Shown: piece after piece, positions 36,974 to 47,875 of the stretch
Layout of the letters: every line of letters starts with the position of its first letter
Numbering within the stretch: position 1 is the first letter of the stretch
Sequence record: NC_028957.1
Strand: one strand, 5' to 3'
Origin: Escherichia phage vB_EcoM_VR26
DNA length: 64,000 bases
The notes under the pieces: generated by a model
What the model was told of the DNA's origin: nothing
Databases searched by the model: none
Seen by the model: only the letters and a program-made list of their open reading frames with translations
Program-made: the position numbers and the translations under genes

Positions 36974-37554
36974 TATTCACCACAAAATTCGTTAATGTTT
37001 TCCCAGTTCAATTTGTCTAGACTACGCTTAGGCACATTGAACACCTCAATTCCTGCATTCTTTAGGATATCATCCCAACCGGGAATATTCTTGTCATACG
37101 TTTCACAGTAAACCAATTTCTTGATTCCTGATTGAGAAATTGCCTTTGCACAATCAGGGCAAGGAGAAAGCGTCACGTACATAGTCGCTCCCTCAATTGA
37201 CGACCCCATCCTTGCTGCGAACAAAATCGCATTAAGTTCTGCGTGGATTTCGTTGTTCTTTGACCATGCAGAATGTTCTTCACGATGAGCTTTCGCCAAT
37301 ACAAAACGGTCAACCTTACTGAATCTCACACATTCTGGCTTGTGGCCAGGGACGAGAACAGGTTTAGGTTTATTCAGTAACCAACCTTGCTCCTCTGCAT
37401 GCTCGCAACAGTTAACCCCACCTGCAGGGGAACCATTATACCCTGTAGAAATAATGCGACCATTCTTTTCAATAACAGCTCCCACTTTCCAGGAGCAGCA
37501 TTTTGATTCTTGAGATACAAGGTACGCGATTTGCAGAACAGTAGTTGGTTTCAT
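36973..37554 (-). CDS. cd: dCMP deaminase
   Basis: 193 aa (same as T4 Cd); cytidine/dCMP deaminase zinc motifs CEHAE and PCPDC. Confidence 0.93.
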   Translation of the reverse strand: MKPTTVLQIAYLVSQESKCCSWKVGAVIEKNGRIISTGYNGSPAGGVNCCEHAEEQGWLLNKPKPVLVPGHKPECVRFSKVDRFVLAKAHREEHSAWSKNNEIHAELNAILFAARMGSSIEGATMYVTLSPCPDCAKAISQSGIKKLVYCETYDKNIPGWDDILKNAGIEVFNVPKRSLDKLNWENINEFCGE

Positions 37555-37890
37555 TTACATCACCACGAGATAATTGGTTTTAATAGTTTCAACACGATAT
37601 AATTCATGTCGCAATTTAGTAATGCTCTTAACATGTGTTGTAATTATACTATCACCATCACTGAAGCGTTTTTTCTTATCATCAAAAATCACCCCAAACA
37701 TTCGCTCACCAATTTCTACAGGAGCTTCTGTGATAACAACCGCATCATAATTACTTGGGTGAATACTTTTAAACAGAGCATCATTCGCAAGCGTTACTTT
37801 AATAAATGCAGTTGTCTCCGGGTCCAACTTACGATGGTCACCCAAATCATTTTTAAGTGCTTCCTGGAAAATATCCATCAAATTCATCAT
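37555..37890 (-). CDS. Hypothetical protein (cd.x cluster)
   Basis: 111-aa ORF, ATG. Confidence 0.5.
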   Translation of the reverse strand: MMNLMDIFQEALKNDLGDHRKLDPETTAFIKVTLANDALFKSIHPSNYDAVVITEAPVEIGERMFGVIFDDKKKRFSDGDSIITTHVKSITKLRHELYRVETIKTNYLVVM

Positions 37891-38120
37891 TGAATGTACA
37901 CTCGCTGCGCTTCAACCAGACCATCAGAACCCAATTTCAATTGAGTAAGCTGGTCACCATCTTTTGGATTAATGACAATCATAAAACTGCGTGCAGATTC
38001 CTGAATAACTTGCAAAGTCGCATTAGGGAATCGCTCTGATACGCGGTTAATCATCGTTTGAGCAAATGCCTTCACTTTTTCGTGGAACTCTTCAACAGTA
38101 ATTGGGGTTTCGCTAAGCAT
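37887..38120 (-). CDS. Hypothetical protein (cd.x cluster)
   Basis: 77-aa ORF, ATG, ATGA-type overlap. Confidence 0.5.
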   Translation of the reverse strand: MLSETPITVEEFHEKVKAFAQTMINRVSERFPNATLQVIQESARSFMIVINPKDGDQLTQLKLGSDGLVEAQRVYIQ

Positions 38121-38662
38121 CAGATTGTCTCCTGTTTTACTTGTTTAACGATAGAAGCTTTTGTGATATCGCCCTTGATAATATAGCAATCTTCTGCAGT
38201 ACCACGGTTTAATAGGCGCTCTGCTTCGTCTTCCGCATATTCTTTTGATGTATGACGAGAGTTAATCTCAATCTTGCCATTTTTAACCACGAGTAATTTC
38301 CAAACTGATGCAAGTTTCACCGGTACAGGCTCAACTTCTGGCTTAACACCAACTTCCGCCTGGATGAAATAATCAAATTCATCAGACAATGGACCAGCAG
38401 AAACAAACATTGCTCCATGATGCCTGTTCTGTGTGCTAGATATTTTTGCCAAATCCACAAAATCATTTTCATCAATCAAACGAATCTCACAAACTTTTTT
38501 ACCGCCGCTGATAGCATCAGGTACAATCTTAACTTCAAACGGAGTCATGCCGATGTATCCAGCAATTTGGTAATTAGCTGCCCAGCCTCCGGCAATAAAT
38601 TGTTTTTTGGCATTTTCAGACGTGAATTTGTAAAACTTACCTTCTTCAAAGAAATTGCTCAT
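38120..38662 (-). CDS. Hypothetical protein; N-terminal motif shared with 51606..51974
   Basis: 180 aa; GKFYKF...AKKQFIAG; GAGGA Shine-Dalgarno. Confidence 0.55.
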   Translation of the reverse strand: MSNFFEEGKFYKFTSENAKKQFIAGGWAANYQIAGYIGMTPFEVKIVPDAISGGKKVCEIRLIDENDFVDLAKISSTQNRHHGAMFVSAGPLSDEFDYFIQAEVGVKPEVEPVPVKLASVWKLLVVKNGKIEINSRHTSKEYAEDEAERLLNRGTAEDCYIIKGDITKASIVKQVKQETI

Positions 38663-38722
38663 TTTGTTTTCCTCATGTGTTGATGAAATTCATTATACAC
38701 CATCCGTGGTGAAAGTAAACAC

Positions 38723-39001
38723 TTAAATTGCTTCGACAACTACCGTTTGTTTCTGGAAGTCCATTTTGCATGAAATGGCCAAAATGCGGTTATCAATTTT
38801 AAACGGAACAATTGCAAATGCTGCACCAGGCGTGAGTTGAACAGTGATTGCATCAACTGCATCCGGGAACATGATTTCCAGAATAGCAGACAAACGACCA
38901 TGCACCTTTAGTTCAGTCGACACGTCGACGCTTTCGTATAGATAATCAGATACAATCTGACTAAAAACTACTTTAACAATTTCAGAATACGTAGGAAACA
39001 T
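38723..39001 (-). CDS. Hypothetical protein
   Basis: 92 aa from internal ATG (track start is TTG). Confidence 0.45.
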   Translation of the reverse strand: MFPTYSEIVKVVFSQIVSDYLYESVDVSTELKVHGRLSAILEIMFPDAVDAITVQLTPGAAFAIVPFKIDNRILAISCKMDFQKQTVVVEAI

Positions 39002-39073
39002 TTTCTTTTCTCGCTTAGTTATTGGGGTATCCAAAGGACCTAGACCCCATTATAACATAAAATTTTTAAAGCG

Positions 39074-39289
39074 TTAATGAACGGTATGCACCTTGACATT
39101 AACGATAAATCGGTCAATGACTTCAGTCAGCGGAACAAACTCAACATAGTACTCGCCTTTGTAACGTTCATTGAGGTCATTACGAAGGGCCGCTAGCGAG
39201 TTAATGAGGGCAGGAGACATATTCTGCCCTACCAGTTTCTGAAGCTCTTTATAAGCTTCTTCTTCAACTTCATGGTGTTTGTTATACAT
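39074..39289 (-). CDS. Hypothetical protein
   Basis: 71 aa from internal ATG chosen to remove 77-nt overlap with upstream gene. Confidence 0.4.
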   Translation of the reverse strand: MYNKHHEVEEEAYKELQKLVGQNMSPALINSLAALRNDLNERYKGEYYVEFVPLTEVIDRFIVNVKVHTVH

Positions 39290-39478
39290 AATGTTCTTCC
39301 AAGAAGGCCAAGAGTTCTGGAGCGGATTTAAAAATACCACCATCGACCTTGTCTTCATCTTTATAGTCCATCACATCCAGGCCAATACGTCCATCAGTTA
39401 AAGGCCATACGCCGAAGAAAAAGCATTTACGTTTTTCAATTTCTTCGATTGTACGAAAAATCTTTTCGATATTATTCA

Positions 39479-39479
<1 letters not shown>
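39282..39479 (-). CDS. Hypothetical protein
   Basis: 65 aa from internal ATG forming TAATG overlap with pseT stop. Confidence 0.4.
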
Positions 39480-40697
<1,218 letters not shown>

Positions 40698-40701
<4 letters not shown>

Positions 40702-41180
40702 ACACCAAGCTCCTTATAAAGTTCTTCGCGACAGGTTTTAAGGATTTTACCAGTTTCATAAGCTGCACTTTCAGAAACATCACCAAGTGCAGCGGCAGAT
40801 TGCATTTGTCCATGGCGTTTAGCTGCATATTCAAAACTTTTTACTAGCTCACGAATACGTTCTTTTTCATTGTATTCTTCAATGAATTCAGGATATTCCC
40901 AAACTGGGCGCATCATACGATACCAATGCTGAATAGTAATATAATTACTTCCATCCAGATTAATAATTTGCGAAGGCTTAATAGCGCCCGGAGCATAAAA
41001 AGTTACCTGTCTTACTACATCAATACCGTCCACAATAGCCCAAGCAAAATCGAAAGTGGCCTTCTTTTCAATTGGCGTGCTCGCACAAGACCCTAACTTT
41101 AAGAGCTTTTGTAATACAGGAGATTTAACTCCTGAAATGTACACAGGATTAGCTACAAAGCTGTTATCACGTAATGACAT
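40698..41180 (-). CDS. Hypothetical protein (pseT.1 position)
   Basis: 160 aa from internal ATG with GAGGA Shine-Dalgarno; track start is TTG upstream of a predicted promoter. Confidence 0.5.
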
Positions 41181-41216
41181 AATAGTTTCCTCAAATATTT
41201 TATAATCCGTAGGAGC

Positions 41217-41246
41217 ATTATACTCTGCTCCCGTGAGTTTGTATAC
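41217..41246 (-). promoter_or_regulatory. Early-type promoter (GTATAC-N18-TATAAT)
   Basis: Minus-strand elements upstream of 40698..41180. Confidence 0.4.
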
Positions 41247-41349
41247 TACTTTCCGAAAAGACCTTGAACACATAAAGTGGCCGCAATCCCAAAACAAAAA
41301 CAGAATGCACCAAATCTAACAATATCCCAACCAAGGCTACAGGTCTCTA

Positions 41350-41640
41350 TCATTTGCAACGTTCCTCTTTTAGTTCAGAACGATAATAACATAACATACC
41401 TTTTTGGTCATGTACATATCTTTTTACATCATTCATCCAAATCCTGAATTCTTGCGATGCTTCAAAAGGCATACCAACCCAGGCTTGACCCTCAATTACC
41501 TTCACTTCCCATTGCTGCTTATAATCAGCCAATGCAACAGGCCAATTAGGATGAACTTGGATTGTGGGCTCCACAACGGGCTTCTGGGCACATGAAACGA
41601 GTCCGATAGCCAAACATACTGCCATGATAGATTTCATCAT
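41350..41640 (-). CDS. Outer-membrane spanin (Rz1-like lipoprotein; T4 pseT.2 equivalent)
   Basis: 96 aa; signal peptide with lipobox LVSC (MMKSIMAVCLAIGLVSCAQ); directly follows i-spanin. Confidence 0.65.
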   Translation of the reverse strand: MMKSIMAVCLAIGLVSCAQKPVVEPTIQVHPNWPVALADYKQQWEVKVIEGQAWVGMPFEASQEFRIWMNDVKRYVHDQKGMLCYYRSELKEERCK

Positions 41641-41990
41641 TTGGTGAGCTCCTGGAAGTCCTGGGCAAACTTATCAAAGGACTGATTAATCTGTTTTTCA
41701 ACTAATTTAGGCTTAGCTGCCACAACCTTAGTACGTTTTGCATCTGCGCGAAGTTTATCATTTTCCTTCTGCAGAAGTTCAACATATTCCTGGCGCTCCT
41801 GGTCAAGGAGATTAATTTGATTAACCTGGTCTTTTATTGATTGCAGATTTTTTGCGTTATCTTCTGCAACTTTGGTGACCGCAGCCACCTCTGTCTTGAG
41901 ATTATCCACTTTTGCTTTTAGATAGAAACCACTACCAGCAGTTACTACCAGGGCAAGCATAAGCCCTGCGGTCAGATTACTTATTTGCAT
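41637..41990 (-). CDS. Inner-membrane spanin (Rz-like; T4 pseT.3 equivalent)
   Basis: 117 aa; N-terminal transmembrane helix then charged coiled-coil region. Confidence 0.65.
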   Translation of the reverse strand: MQISNLTAGLMLALVVTAGSGFYLKAKVDNLKTEVAAVTKVAEDNAKNLQSIKDQVNQINLLDQERQEYVELLQKENDKLRADAKRTKVVAAKPKLVEKQINQSFDKFAQDFQELTK

Positions 41991-42484
41991 AACTTGATGA
42001 TTACCTCAACAATATCATCCTGGGATAAACCATTCAGGAGGATGTGATTTGTACTGTCAGATGCTGAAATGCGGAACTGATTACCAACTTCATCCGCCAT
42101 ATCATCCTGGGTTAACACTGGGTGTTTAATTCCCAGGCGGTGTTGAAGTGTCAGGGGTTCAACCACAACATAACAAACACATCCATTGATATGCACATTA
42201 GGTTGGGTCTGATTGATGAACACTTCTGCATCATATTTAACCAAATGGTTCTTTAAGAAGTCAACCATTTCTGGAACAGATTCATGAAGGGCTTCTTTCC
42301 GCTCTTCTGATTTCTTATTGCGATATTCCTTCTGTTTGGTCTTCAACTTATTATCAGACGCCAGTTTCTTTCTTAAGTCAGTAAGGAACCCAACATTTTT
42401 GGAACCTTTATAAACATAGATTCCGTCATGGCGGTCACCATATACATCAACAATCATATCATTTGAAATCAGTTGCATATTCAT
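41981..42484 (-). CDS. alc: Alc-like protein (host transcription termination on C-DNA), putative
   Basis: 167 aa from internal ATG (T4 Alc 167 aa), GAGGA Shine-Dalgarno; position between rnlA and the spanins as in T4. Confidence 0.5.
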   Translation of the reverse strand: MNMQLISNDMIVDVYGDRHDGIYVYKGSKNVGFLTDLRKKLASDNKLKTKQKEYRNKKSEERKEALHESVPEMVDFLKNHLVKYDAEVFINQTQPNVHINGCVCYVVVEPLTLQHRLGIKHPVLTQDDMADEVGNQFRISASDSTNHILLNGLSQDDIVEVIIKLCK

Positions 42485-42494
42485 AATATTTTCC

Positions 42495-42728
42495 TCAATA
42501 GCGGTTATAACCTCTAGGACCAAAAGAGTTTGCACCCAGGCGCTCATCTTTCTTTTTAGCTCTTGCTCTAAACCCAGAATCACCTGTTTGGTCTTTCAGT
42601 TCTTTTAACAATTTGGCCTTCAGGTCAGTAATGAAACCAATCCGGCGGTCTCCCTTGTAGACATAGATTCCATCATTTCTGTCGCCATATGCCTTTGTAA
42701 CTCTGTCATTTGAAATTAAGTTTAACAT
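42495..42728 (-). CDS. Truncated paralog of the Alc-like N-terminal domain
   Basis: 77 aa; LISNDRVTKAYGDRNDGIYVYKGDRRIGFITDLKAKL versus downstream LISNDMIVDVYGDRHDGIYVYKGSKNVGFLTDLRKKL; GAGGA Shine-Dalgarno. Confidence 0.45.
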   Translation of the reverse strand: MLNLISNDRVTKAYGDRNDGIYVYKGDRRIGFITDLKAKLLKELKDQTGDSGFRARAKKKDERLGANSFGPRGYNRY

Positions 42729-42759
42729 GTTTTGGTCCTCATCAGTAGTTGATGGAACC

Positions 42760-42789
42760 ATTATGTATAGAAAGAAGGGGCTTGTACAC
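42760..42789 (-). promoter_or_regulatory. Early-type promoter (GTGTAC-N18-CATAAT) overlapping rnlA terminator hairpin
   Basis: Minus-strand elements upstream of 42495..42728. Confidence 0.4.
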
Positions 42790-42791
42790 CC
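42776..42791 (-). terminator. Hairpin after rnlA (GGGGTGTACAAGCCCC)
   Basis: 4-bp GC stem with 8-nt loop then T-rich tract on minus strand. Confidence 0.4.
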
Positions 42792-42799
42792 CTTTTTTA

Positions 42800-43936
42800 T
42801 TATTCAGGCAGGATTACATCCGCTTGGTAGTCCGCTGGGATGTAAAGTTTATGATTTTTAAGGAAAACATTATTGATTTGAGCGATAGTTTGCTCTGTTT
42901 CCTGGGGACGTTGATAGGTGTTCATTAATACAGAGAACAAACCCGGATATGGTTTACACAGTTCTTGACCTTTAATCGCAAACTCGCGTCGGTCTTTTCC
43001 TGCCAACTGTTTCTGGGCATCAAGCAACAGTCCCAGGGTATTGGACAGATAATCCAGATGGGTCAAAGTAAAGGCATTAACTTTTTCACGAGCATACTCA
43101 TCGCCAGTAAACATGGCAATAACATCATCTGCACCGCCTGCAACAACAACTTCAAAAAGACGCTGGTTATTGTTAACAGAATCCTTTGTATGGTGTAAAG
43201 CACAATACCATTCTGTCTTAACTTTAAATTTGCGACCATCGACCAGCTCATAGACAAAGCCTTCAATCTCTTTCATATCACGGACGTTTTCAATTGTAGC
43301 CGGGTCATATGCTTCAACCAGGAATGGACGAAGCGCTGCATCTTTAAACAAATCCTGATAAGGGATATATTCACCAGTTTCATTATGGCGAACGTTCAGT
43401 AAAATCAGGTCACGTTCCTGGTAAGGCAAAACAATGCGGTTGGTTGGCGCAACATATTCCATATTGCATGTATAACCAGCTTCAGTAATTTCAGTTACGC
43501 GCTCACGGAAAGCTATACGGTGTTCTTGTTTGAATACCTGCAGCGCTTCTGCAGCCTGGGAGCTTTTGATTGACCCTTTGGATTTAAAAGCAATATTGGT
43601 CTGGTCCATATAAGTGGAGACAAGAGAGCCATCGGCCTTGGTCATGACCAGCGCAACTTCATCCATATTGATATCCATGGTCAACGGATTTTCGCCTAAG
43701 TTAAAGAACTTTTCCATAGGACGAGCCGCAATACGAACTGGACCATCTGCATCCATTTCAAACATAATGCCGCGGCACTCTAATGCATCATCAAGGAGCC
43801 AATCACTATAGGAAGCATAGTTATAGCTAAAGATGCGGAACTTGGTTTCAAATGGAGAAACGAAATCAGTATAGAAAAACTTACCTTTTTCAGATTCAGC
43901 ACACAGCTTCATTAAGTTGTCATATAATTCAATCAT
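42800..43936 (-). CDS. rnlA: RNA ligase 1 (Rnl1)
   Basis: 378 aa (T4 Rnl1 374 aa); FYTDFVSPFETKFRIFSYNYASYSDWLLDDALECRGIMFEMD near-identical to remembered T4 Rnl1. Confidence 0.93.
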   Translation of the reverse strand: MIELYDNLMKLCAESEKGKFFYTDFVSPFETKFRIFSYNYASYSDWLLDDALECRGIMFEMDADGPVRIAARPMEKFFNLGENPLTMDINMDEVALVMTKADGSLVSTYMDQTNIAFKSKGSIKSSQAAEALQVFKQEHRIAFRERVTEITEAGYTCNMEYVAPTNRIVLPYQERDLILLNVRHNETGEYIPYQDLFKDAALRPFLVEAYDPATIENVRDMKEIEGFVYELVDGRKFKVKTEWYCALHHTKDSVNNNQRLFEVVVAGGADDVIAMFTGDEYAREKVNAFTLTHLDYLSNTLGLLLDAQKQLAGKDRREFAIKGQELCKPYPGLFSVLMNTYQRPQETEQTIAQINNVFLKNHKLYIPADYQADVILPE

Positions 43937-44343
43937 TTCTTCACCTTATGTTGGTAGTTCCACGGGGGATTAAAAAGCTTTATGAACATCGGCTCTTCCA
44001 GAGACATAGTTTCGACTGACATCGTACCAAGTTCATTGGTCATTGATAGATTGAAACATTGTCGTGCATAGAATACCACCTTTTGACCTGCATGTAAAGC
44101 TTCATGTATCATCCGGGATTTGTTTGAATCACTCGTTTGTTCTATACGATTGATTGCAGTCCGGTAATAATTGATTCGCTTCTTCAGGTTGTTCGTCTTA
44201 CCAATATACACTAGTTCGTCGTCAACTGAAATAGCGTAGATAACATTTTTCTTGTTCGCGAGTGTAAGGGTAGGGATTTTACCATCGACTAACTCTAACT
44301 CCGCATATTTTATAAAACTGTATTCGTCAGCGATTTGTTTCAT
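43933..44343 (-). CDS. denA: Endonuclease II (GIY-YIG family)
   Basis: 136 aa from ATG (same as T4 DenA); IYAISVDDELVYIGKTNNLKKRINYYRTAINR near-identical to remembered T4 DenA. Confidence 0.9.
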   Translation of the reverse strand: MKQIADEYSFIKYAELELVDGKIPTLTLANKKNVIYAISVDDELVYIGKTNNLKKRINYYRTAINRIEQTSDSNKSRMIHEALHAGQKVVFYARQCFNLSMTNELGTMSVETMSLEEPMFIKLFNPPWNYQHKVKK

Positions 44344-44345
44344 AG

Positions 44346-44366
44346 ACAAAAAGGGCCGAAGCCCTT
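44346..44366 (-). terminator. Terminator after nrdB (AGGGC-cgaa-GCCCT then T-run)
   Basis: Hairpin between nrdB stop and denA start. Confidence 0.6.
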
Positions 44367-44369
44367 TCC

Positions 44370-45548
44370 TTATAGATATTTACGGAAACCAGCAAGAACA
44401 TTCTCATCGACGTCATTGTCAATCTGGGCTACCAGGTAAGCGGACAACTCAACTTCTTGTGGCGCAGATTGCACATTATCAGAATTGAGATATTCGCGAA
44501 TCCATGGAATCGGGTGCTTAGTAGATTCTAACACGATTTCACAAGGGAGACCGCATTGCTTCATACGAGAAACTGTCAGGTAATCGATGAACCGGTTAAG
44601 AATCTCGACGCTCAGCCCGGGGAGTCCACCATCTTTAAACAGATGCACAGCCCATTCTTTTTCCTGGCGATTGACTTCCATAAAAATGGCTGCGGCTTCT
44701 GCTTCGCATTCTTGAGCGATTTTAACCCATTCGTCACCGTCAACACCGGTCTGCAGCTGACGAAGAATATATTGGGTCCCCTTAAGGTGGAGCTGTTCAT
44801 CACGGGCGATGAACTTCATTATCTTCGCATTGCCTTCCATGATTTCCATGTTCTTATGGAAGTTGAAAGTACAAGCAAAAGATACATAAAAACGAATGGC
44901 TTCCAGCGCATTAATGACATGAAGGCAGAGATAAAGAGACTTCATCAATGCTCGTTTGGCAATAGCTTCTTGTGTGATAGCTCGTTCCAAACGTTGGTCC
45001 GCTTCGGGAGTTTCTTTGGCTAGTTCAATAAAAGCAATCTGGTTTTGCCATTGACGAGTTTTATTCAGAACGTCGTCATAATAATGTCCGATGGATTCGG
45101 CTCGCTTCATGATTGCATCATCTAACAGGATTTCGTCGAATACCTTCGCCGGGTCTGTATAGAGATTTCGCATGATGTGTGTATAAGAACGAGAGTGAAT
45201 TGTCTCGCTGAATGTCCAGGTCTGAATCCATGTATCAAGACTTGGGTCAGAAACTAATGCGGCTAATGCTGCAGCTGGAGCACGGCCCTGGATACTATCC
45301 AGAAGTGATTGGTATTTCAGGTTATTGGTAAAAATATTTTGTTGATGTTCAGGAAGCTTATTAAATTGAGCCCCGTCCATCATCAGGTTTACTTCCTCGG
45401 GTCGCCAGAAAAAACTCAACTGCTTTTCACAAAGCTCTTCAAAAACTTTATGACGCTGGATATCATACCGGGCGATGCCCAATCCAGAACCAAAGAACAT
45501 CGGCTCGGCTAAAACATCCACCGGAGTGGTATTAAAAACTGTACTCAT
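44370..45548 (-). CDS. nrdB: Ribonucleotide reductase small subunit NrdB (no intron)
   Basis: 392 aa contiguous (T4 NrdB 388 aa, intron-interrupted in T4). Confidence 0.95.
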   Translation of the reverse strand: MSTVFNTTPVDVLAEPMFFGSGLGIARYDIQRHKVFEELCEKQLSFFWRPEEVNLMMDGAQFNKLPEHQQNIFTNNLKYQSLLDSIQGRAPAAALAALVSDPSLDTWIQTWTFSETIHSRSYTHIMRNLYTDPAKVFDEILLDDAIMKRAESIGHYYDDVLNKTRQWQNQIAFIELAKETPEADQRLERAITQEAIAKRALMKSLYLCLHVINALEAIRFYVSFACTFNFHKNMEIMEGNAKIMKFIARDEQLHLKGTQYILRQLQTGVDGDEWVKIAQECEAEAAAIFMEVNRQEKEWAVHLFKDGGLPGLSVEILNRFIDYLTVSRMKQCGLPCEIVLESTKHPIPWIREYLNSDNVQSAPQEVELSAYLVAQIDNDVDENVLAGFRKYL

Positions 45549-45586
45549 TTTATTTCCTCAATAGCTCATCCATGAGCATAATTATA

Positions 45587-47842
45587 TCAAAGTTTACATG
45601 CGGAGCAGTCTTCTGCTTTAGGAGCTTCGATTTCGTAATCGTCTGTTCCGGAACCGTCTCTAGTGTTATGATAATAAAGGTTTTTTCCACCAAAATACCA
45701 GAAGTACATCAAGTCGTCAAGCATAACTGACATCGGAACTTTTCCTTTCGGATAATTCTGCGGGTCATAATATGTGTTTGCTGATGCTGACTGACAAATC
45801 CATTTCAACATAATTGCGACTTGAGTCAGATAAGGTTTGTTACCTTGCTTAGCCAGCACCCATGCGTAATCGTACAATCCTTTATTATGTTCGATATTAG
45901 GAACAACCTGGTTAAAGGAACCTTCTTTACTTTCCTTGATACTTACTGGTCCACGCGGAGGTTCGATACCGTTTGTACTGTTAGAAACTTGGGAAGATGA
46001 CTCACACGGCATAAGTGCTGATAATGTGCTATTACGGATGCCATGTGCAACCAGGTCTTCCCGCAGCTGCGCCCAGTCACAAACGTAGTTTGGAGCTGCG
46101 ATTTGGTCAATCTTTTTATTGTACCAGTCGATAGGTAATTCGCCTCGAGCCCAACGAGTGTCTGAATAATATTCGCAAGGTCCTTTTTCTTTGGCGAGCT
46201 TGATTGACGCTCGGATAAGGCCATATTGTAATCTCTCAAATAATTCATGGGTTAAATCGTTTGCATCAGCGTAAGAAGCGAAATTGCTTGCCAGCCATGC
46301 AGCATAGTTAGTAACCCCAACACCCAGGTTGCGGCGTTTTTTGGCTTTCAGAGCTTCTTTAACCGGATAACCCTGGTAGTCCAACAGGTTATCAAGAGCA
46401 CGAACTTGAACTTCGGCCAGCTCGTTAATCTTATCTTGGTCCTGCCAGTCAAAACTATCCAGAACAAATGCAGAGAGGGTGCACAATCCGATTTCAGCGT
46501 CTTCGCTGTTCACATCAGTGGTCGGGATTGCAATTTCACAACATAAATTCGATTGACGAATCGGAGCCTTATCGCGGATGAACGGAGTATAGTCATTCAC
46601 GTTATCAACGAACTGTGGATAAACCCTGGCTGTACCGGAACGTTCAGTCATGAATAATTCGAACAGGTCTTTTGCTTTGATGCGCTTCTTACGAACTGTC
46701 GGGTCTTTTTCCAAGGCTTCGTATAACTCACGGAATTTATCCGGGTTATCAAAATATGAATAATACAATTCACCACCAGCTTCATGTGGACTAAACAGAG
46801 TGATGTAATCATTCTTAGCCAGACGTTCCATCATCAAGTTATTCAACTGGACGCCATAGTCCATATGTCTGATGCGGTTTTCTTCAACGCCCTTGTTGTT
46901 CTTCAGAACGAGCAAATTTTCAACTTCCAAATGCCATAAAGGATAATAAGCAGTAGCAGCGCCGCCCCGGATTCCACCTTGTGAACAGGATTTAACAGCC
47001 GTTTGGAAATGTTTCCAGAACGGAATAACACCAGTATGACGAACTTCACCCATACCGATTTTCGAACCTTCAGCACGAATCATACCAACGTTGATGCCGA
47101 TACCCGCACGCTTACTGATATATTCGATGATTGAATTGGCAGTCTTATTGATTGACTTCAGGGAGTCTGCAGCTTCGATAACCACGCAGGAACTGAACTG
47201 CCGGGTAGGTGTTCTGGCGCCCGCCATGATAGGTGTGGGCAACGAAACCTGTCTTGTGGATACTGCATCATAAAAACGGCAAACGTGCTTCAGACGGTCC
47301 GTTGGTTCATCCTGGTGCAGTGCCATGCCGATAGCCATGATAGCGAATTGTGGAGTCTCGTAGATTTTACCAGTGGTTTTATCTTTAACCAGGTATTTCT
47401 CTTTAAGCTGCATCGCGCCTGCATAAGTCAGGTCAAAATCACGTTCGTGCTTGATACGAGATTCCAGATAAGTAATCTCTTCGGCGGAGTAGCTTGACAA
47501 CAGCTCTGGGTCATATTTGCCTTCATTAACACAATAAGAAATCTGGTCAATAAAAGAACGTGGCTCGAATTGCCCATAAACATCTTTACGCAGAGCAAAC
47601 ATCGTAGCCTTCGCTGCAACATATTGATAATCCGGTTCTTCGACCGAGATAAGCCCAGCAGACACTTTGATGATAACCGTCTGAATATCGCGGGTAGTCA
47701 TACCATCGCGCAGATGTGGTTTGATTGTTTCGTATAATTCATACGGGTCGATATTAGTTCCTTCGCATGACCAGGAAAGAACTTTAATAATTTTCTGGCC
47801 ATCAAAATCTTGAGAGACACCACTACTTTTTTGTACTTGCAT
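45587..47842 (-). CDS. nrdA: Ribonucleotide reductase large subunit NrdA
   Basis: 751 aa (T4 NrdA 754 aa); N-terminal ATP-cone; class Ia active-site region NLCCEI. Confidence 0.97.
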   Translation of the reverse strand: MQVQKSSGVSQDFDGQKIIKVLSWSCEGTNIDPYELYETIKPHLRDGMTTRDIQTVIIKVSAGLISVEEPDYQYVAAKATMFALRKDVYGQFEPRSFIDQISYCVNEGKYDPELLSSYSAEEITYLESRIKHERDFDLTYAGAMQLKEKYLVKDKTTGKIYETPQFAIMAIGMALHQDEPTDRLKHVCRFYDAVSTRQVSLPTPIMAGARTPTRQFSSCVVIEAADSLKSINKTANSIIEYISKRAGIGINVGMIRAEGSKIGMGEVRHTGVIPFWKHFQTAVKSCSQGGIRGGAATAYYPLWHLEVENLLVLKNNKGVEENRIRHMDYGVQLNNLMMERLAKNDYITLFSPHEAGGELYYSYFDNPDKFRELYEALEKDPTVRKKRIKAKDLFELFMTERSGTARVYPQFVDNVNDYTPFIRDKAPIRQSNLCCEIAIPTTDVNSEDAEIGLCTLSAFVLDSFDWQDQDKINELAEVQVRALDNLLDYQGYPVKEALKAKKRRNLGVGVTNYAAWLASNFASYADANDLTHELFERLQYGLIRASIKLAKEKGPCEYYSDTRWARGELPIDWYNKKIDQIAAPNYVCDWAQLREDLVAHGIRNSTLSALMPCESSSQVSNSTNGIEPPRGPVSIKESKEGSFNQVVPNIEHNKGLYDYAWVLAKQGNKPYLTQVAIMLKWICQSASANTYYDPQNYPKGKVPMSVMLDDLMYFWYFGGKNLYYHNTRDGSGTDDYEIEAPKAEDCSACKL

Positions 47843-47875
47843 GTTTTCCTCTATAGTTCAAAAGGGTTGGGAACC

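Noticed and set aside
44370-45548. One-nucleotide disagreement between hand-counted positions and ORF-track coordinates around nrdB/nrdA
   Set aside because: Attributed to my manual counting in the printed sequence; ORF-track coordinates were used for all CDS boundaries, so hand-derived promoter and terminator coordinates may be off by 1-2 nt
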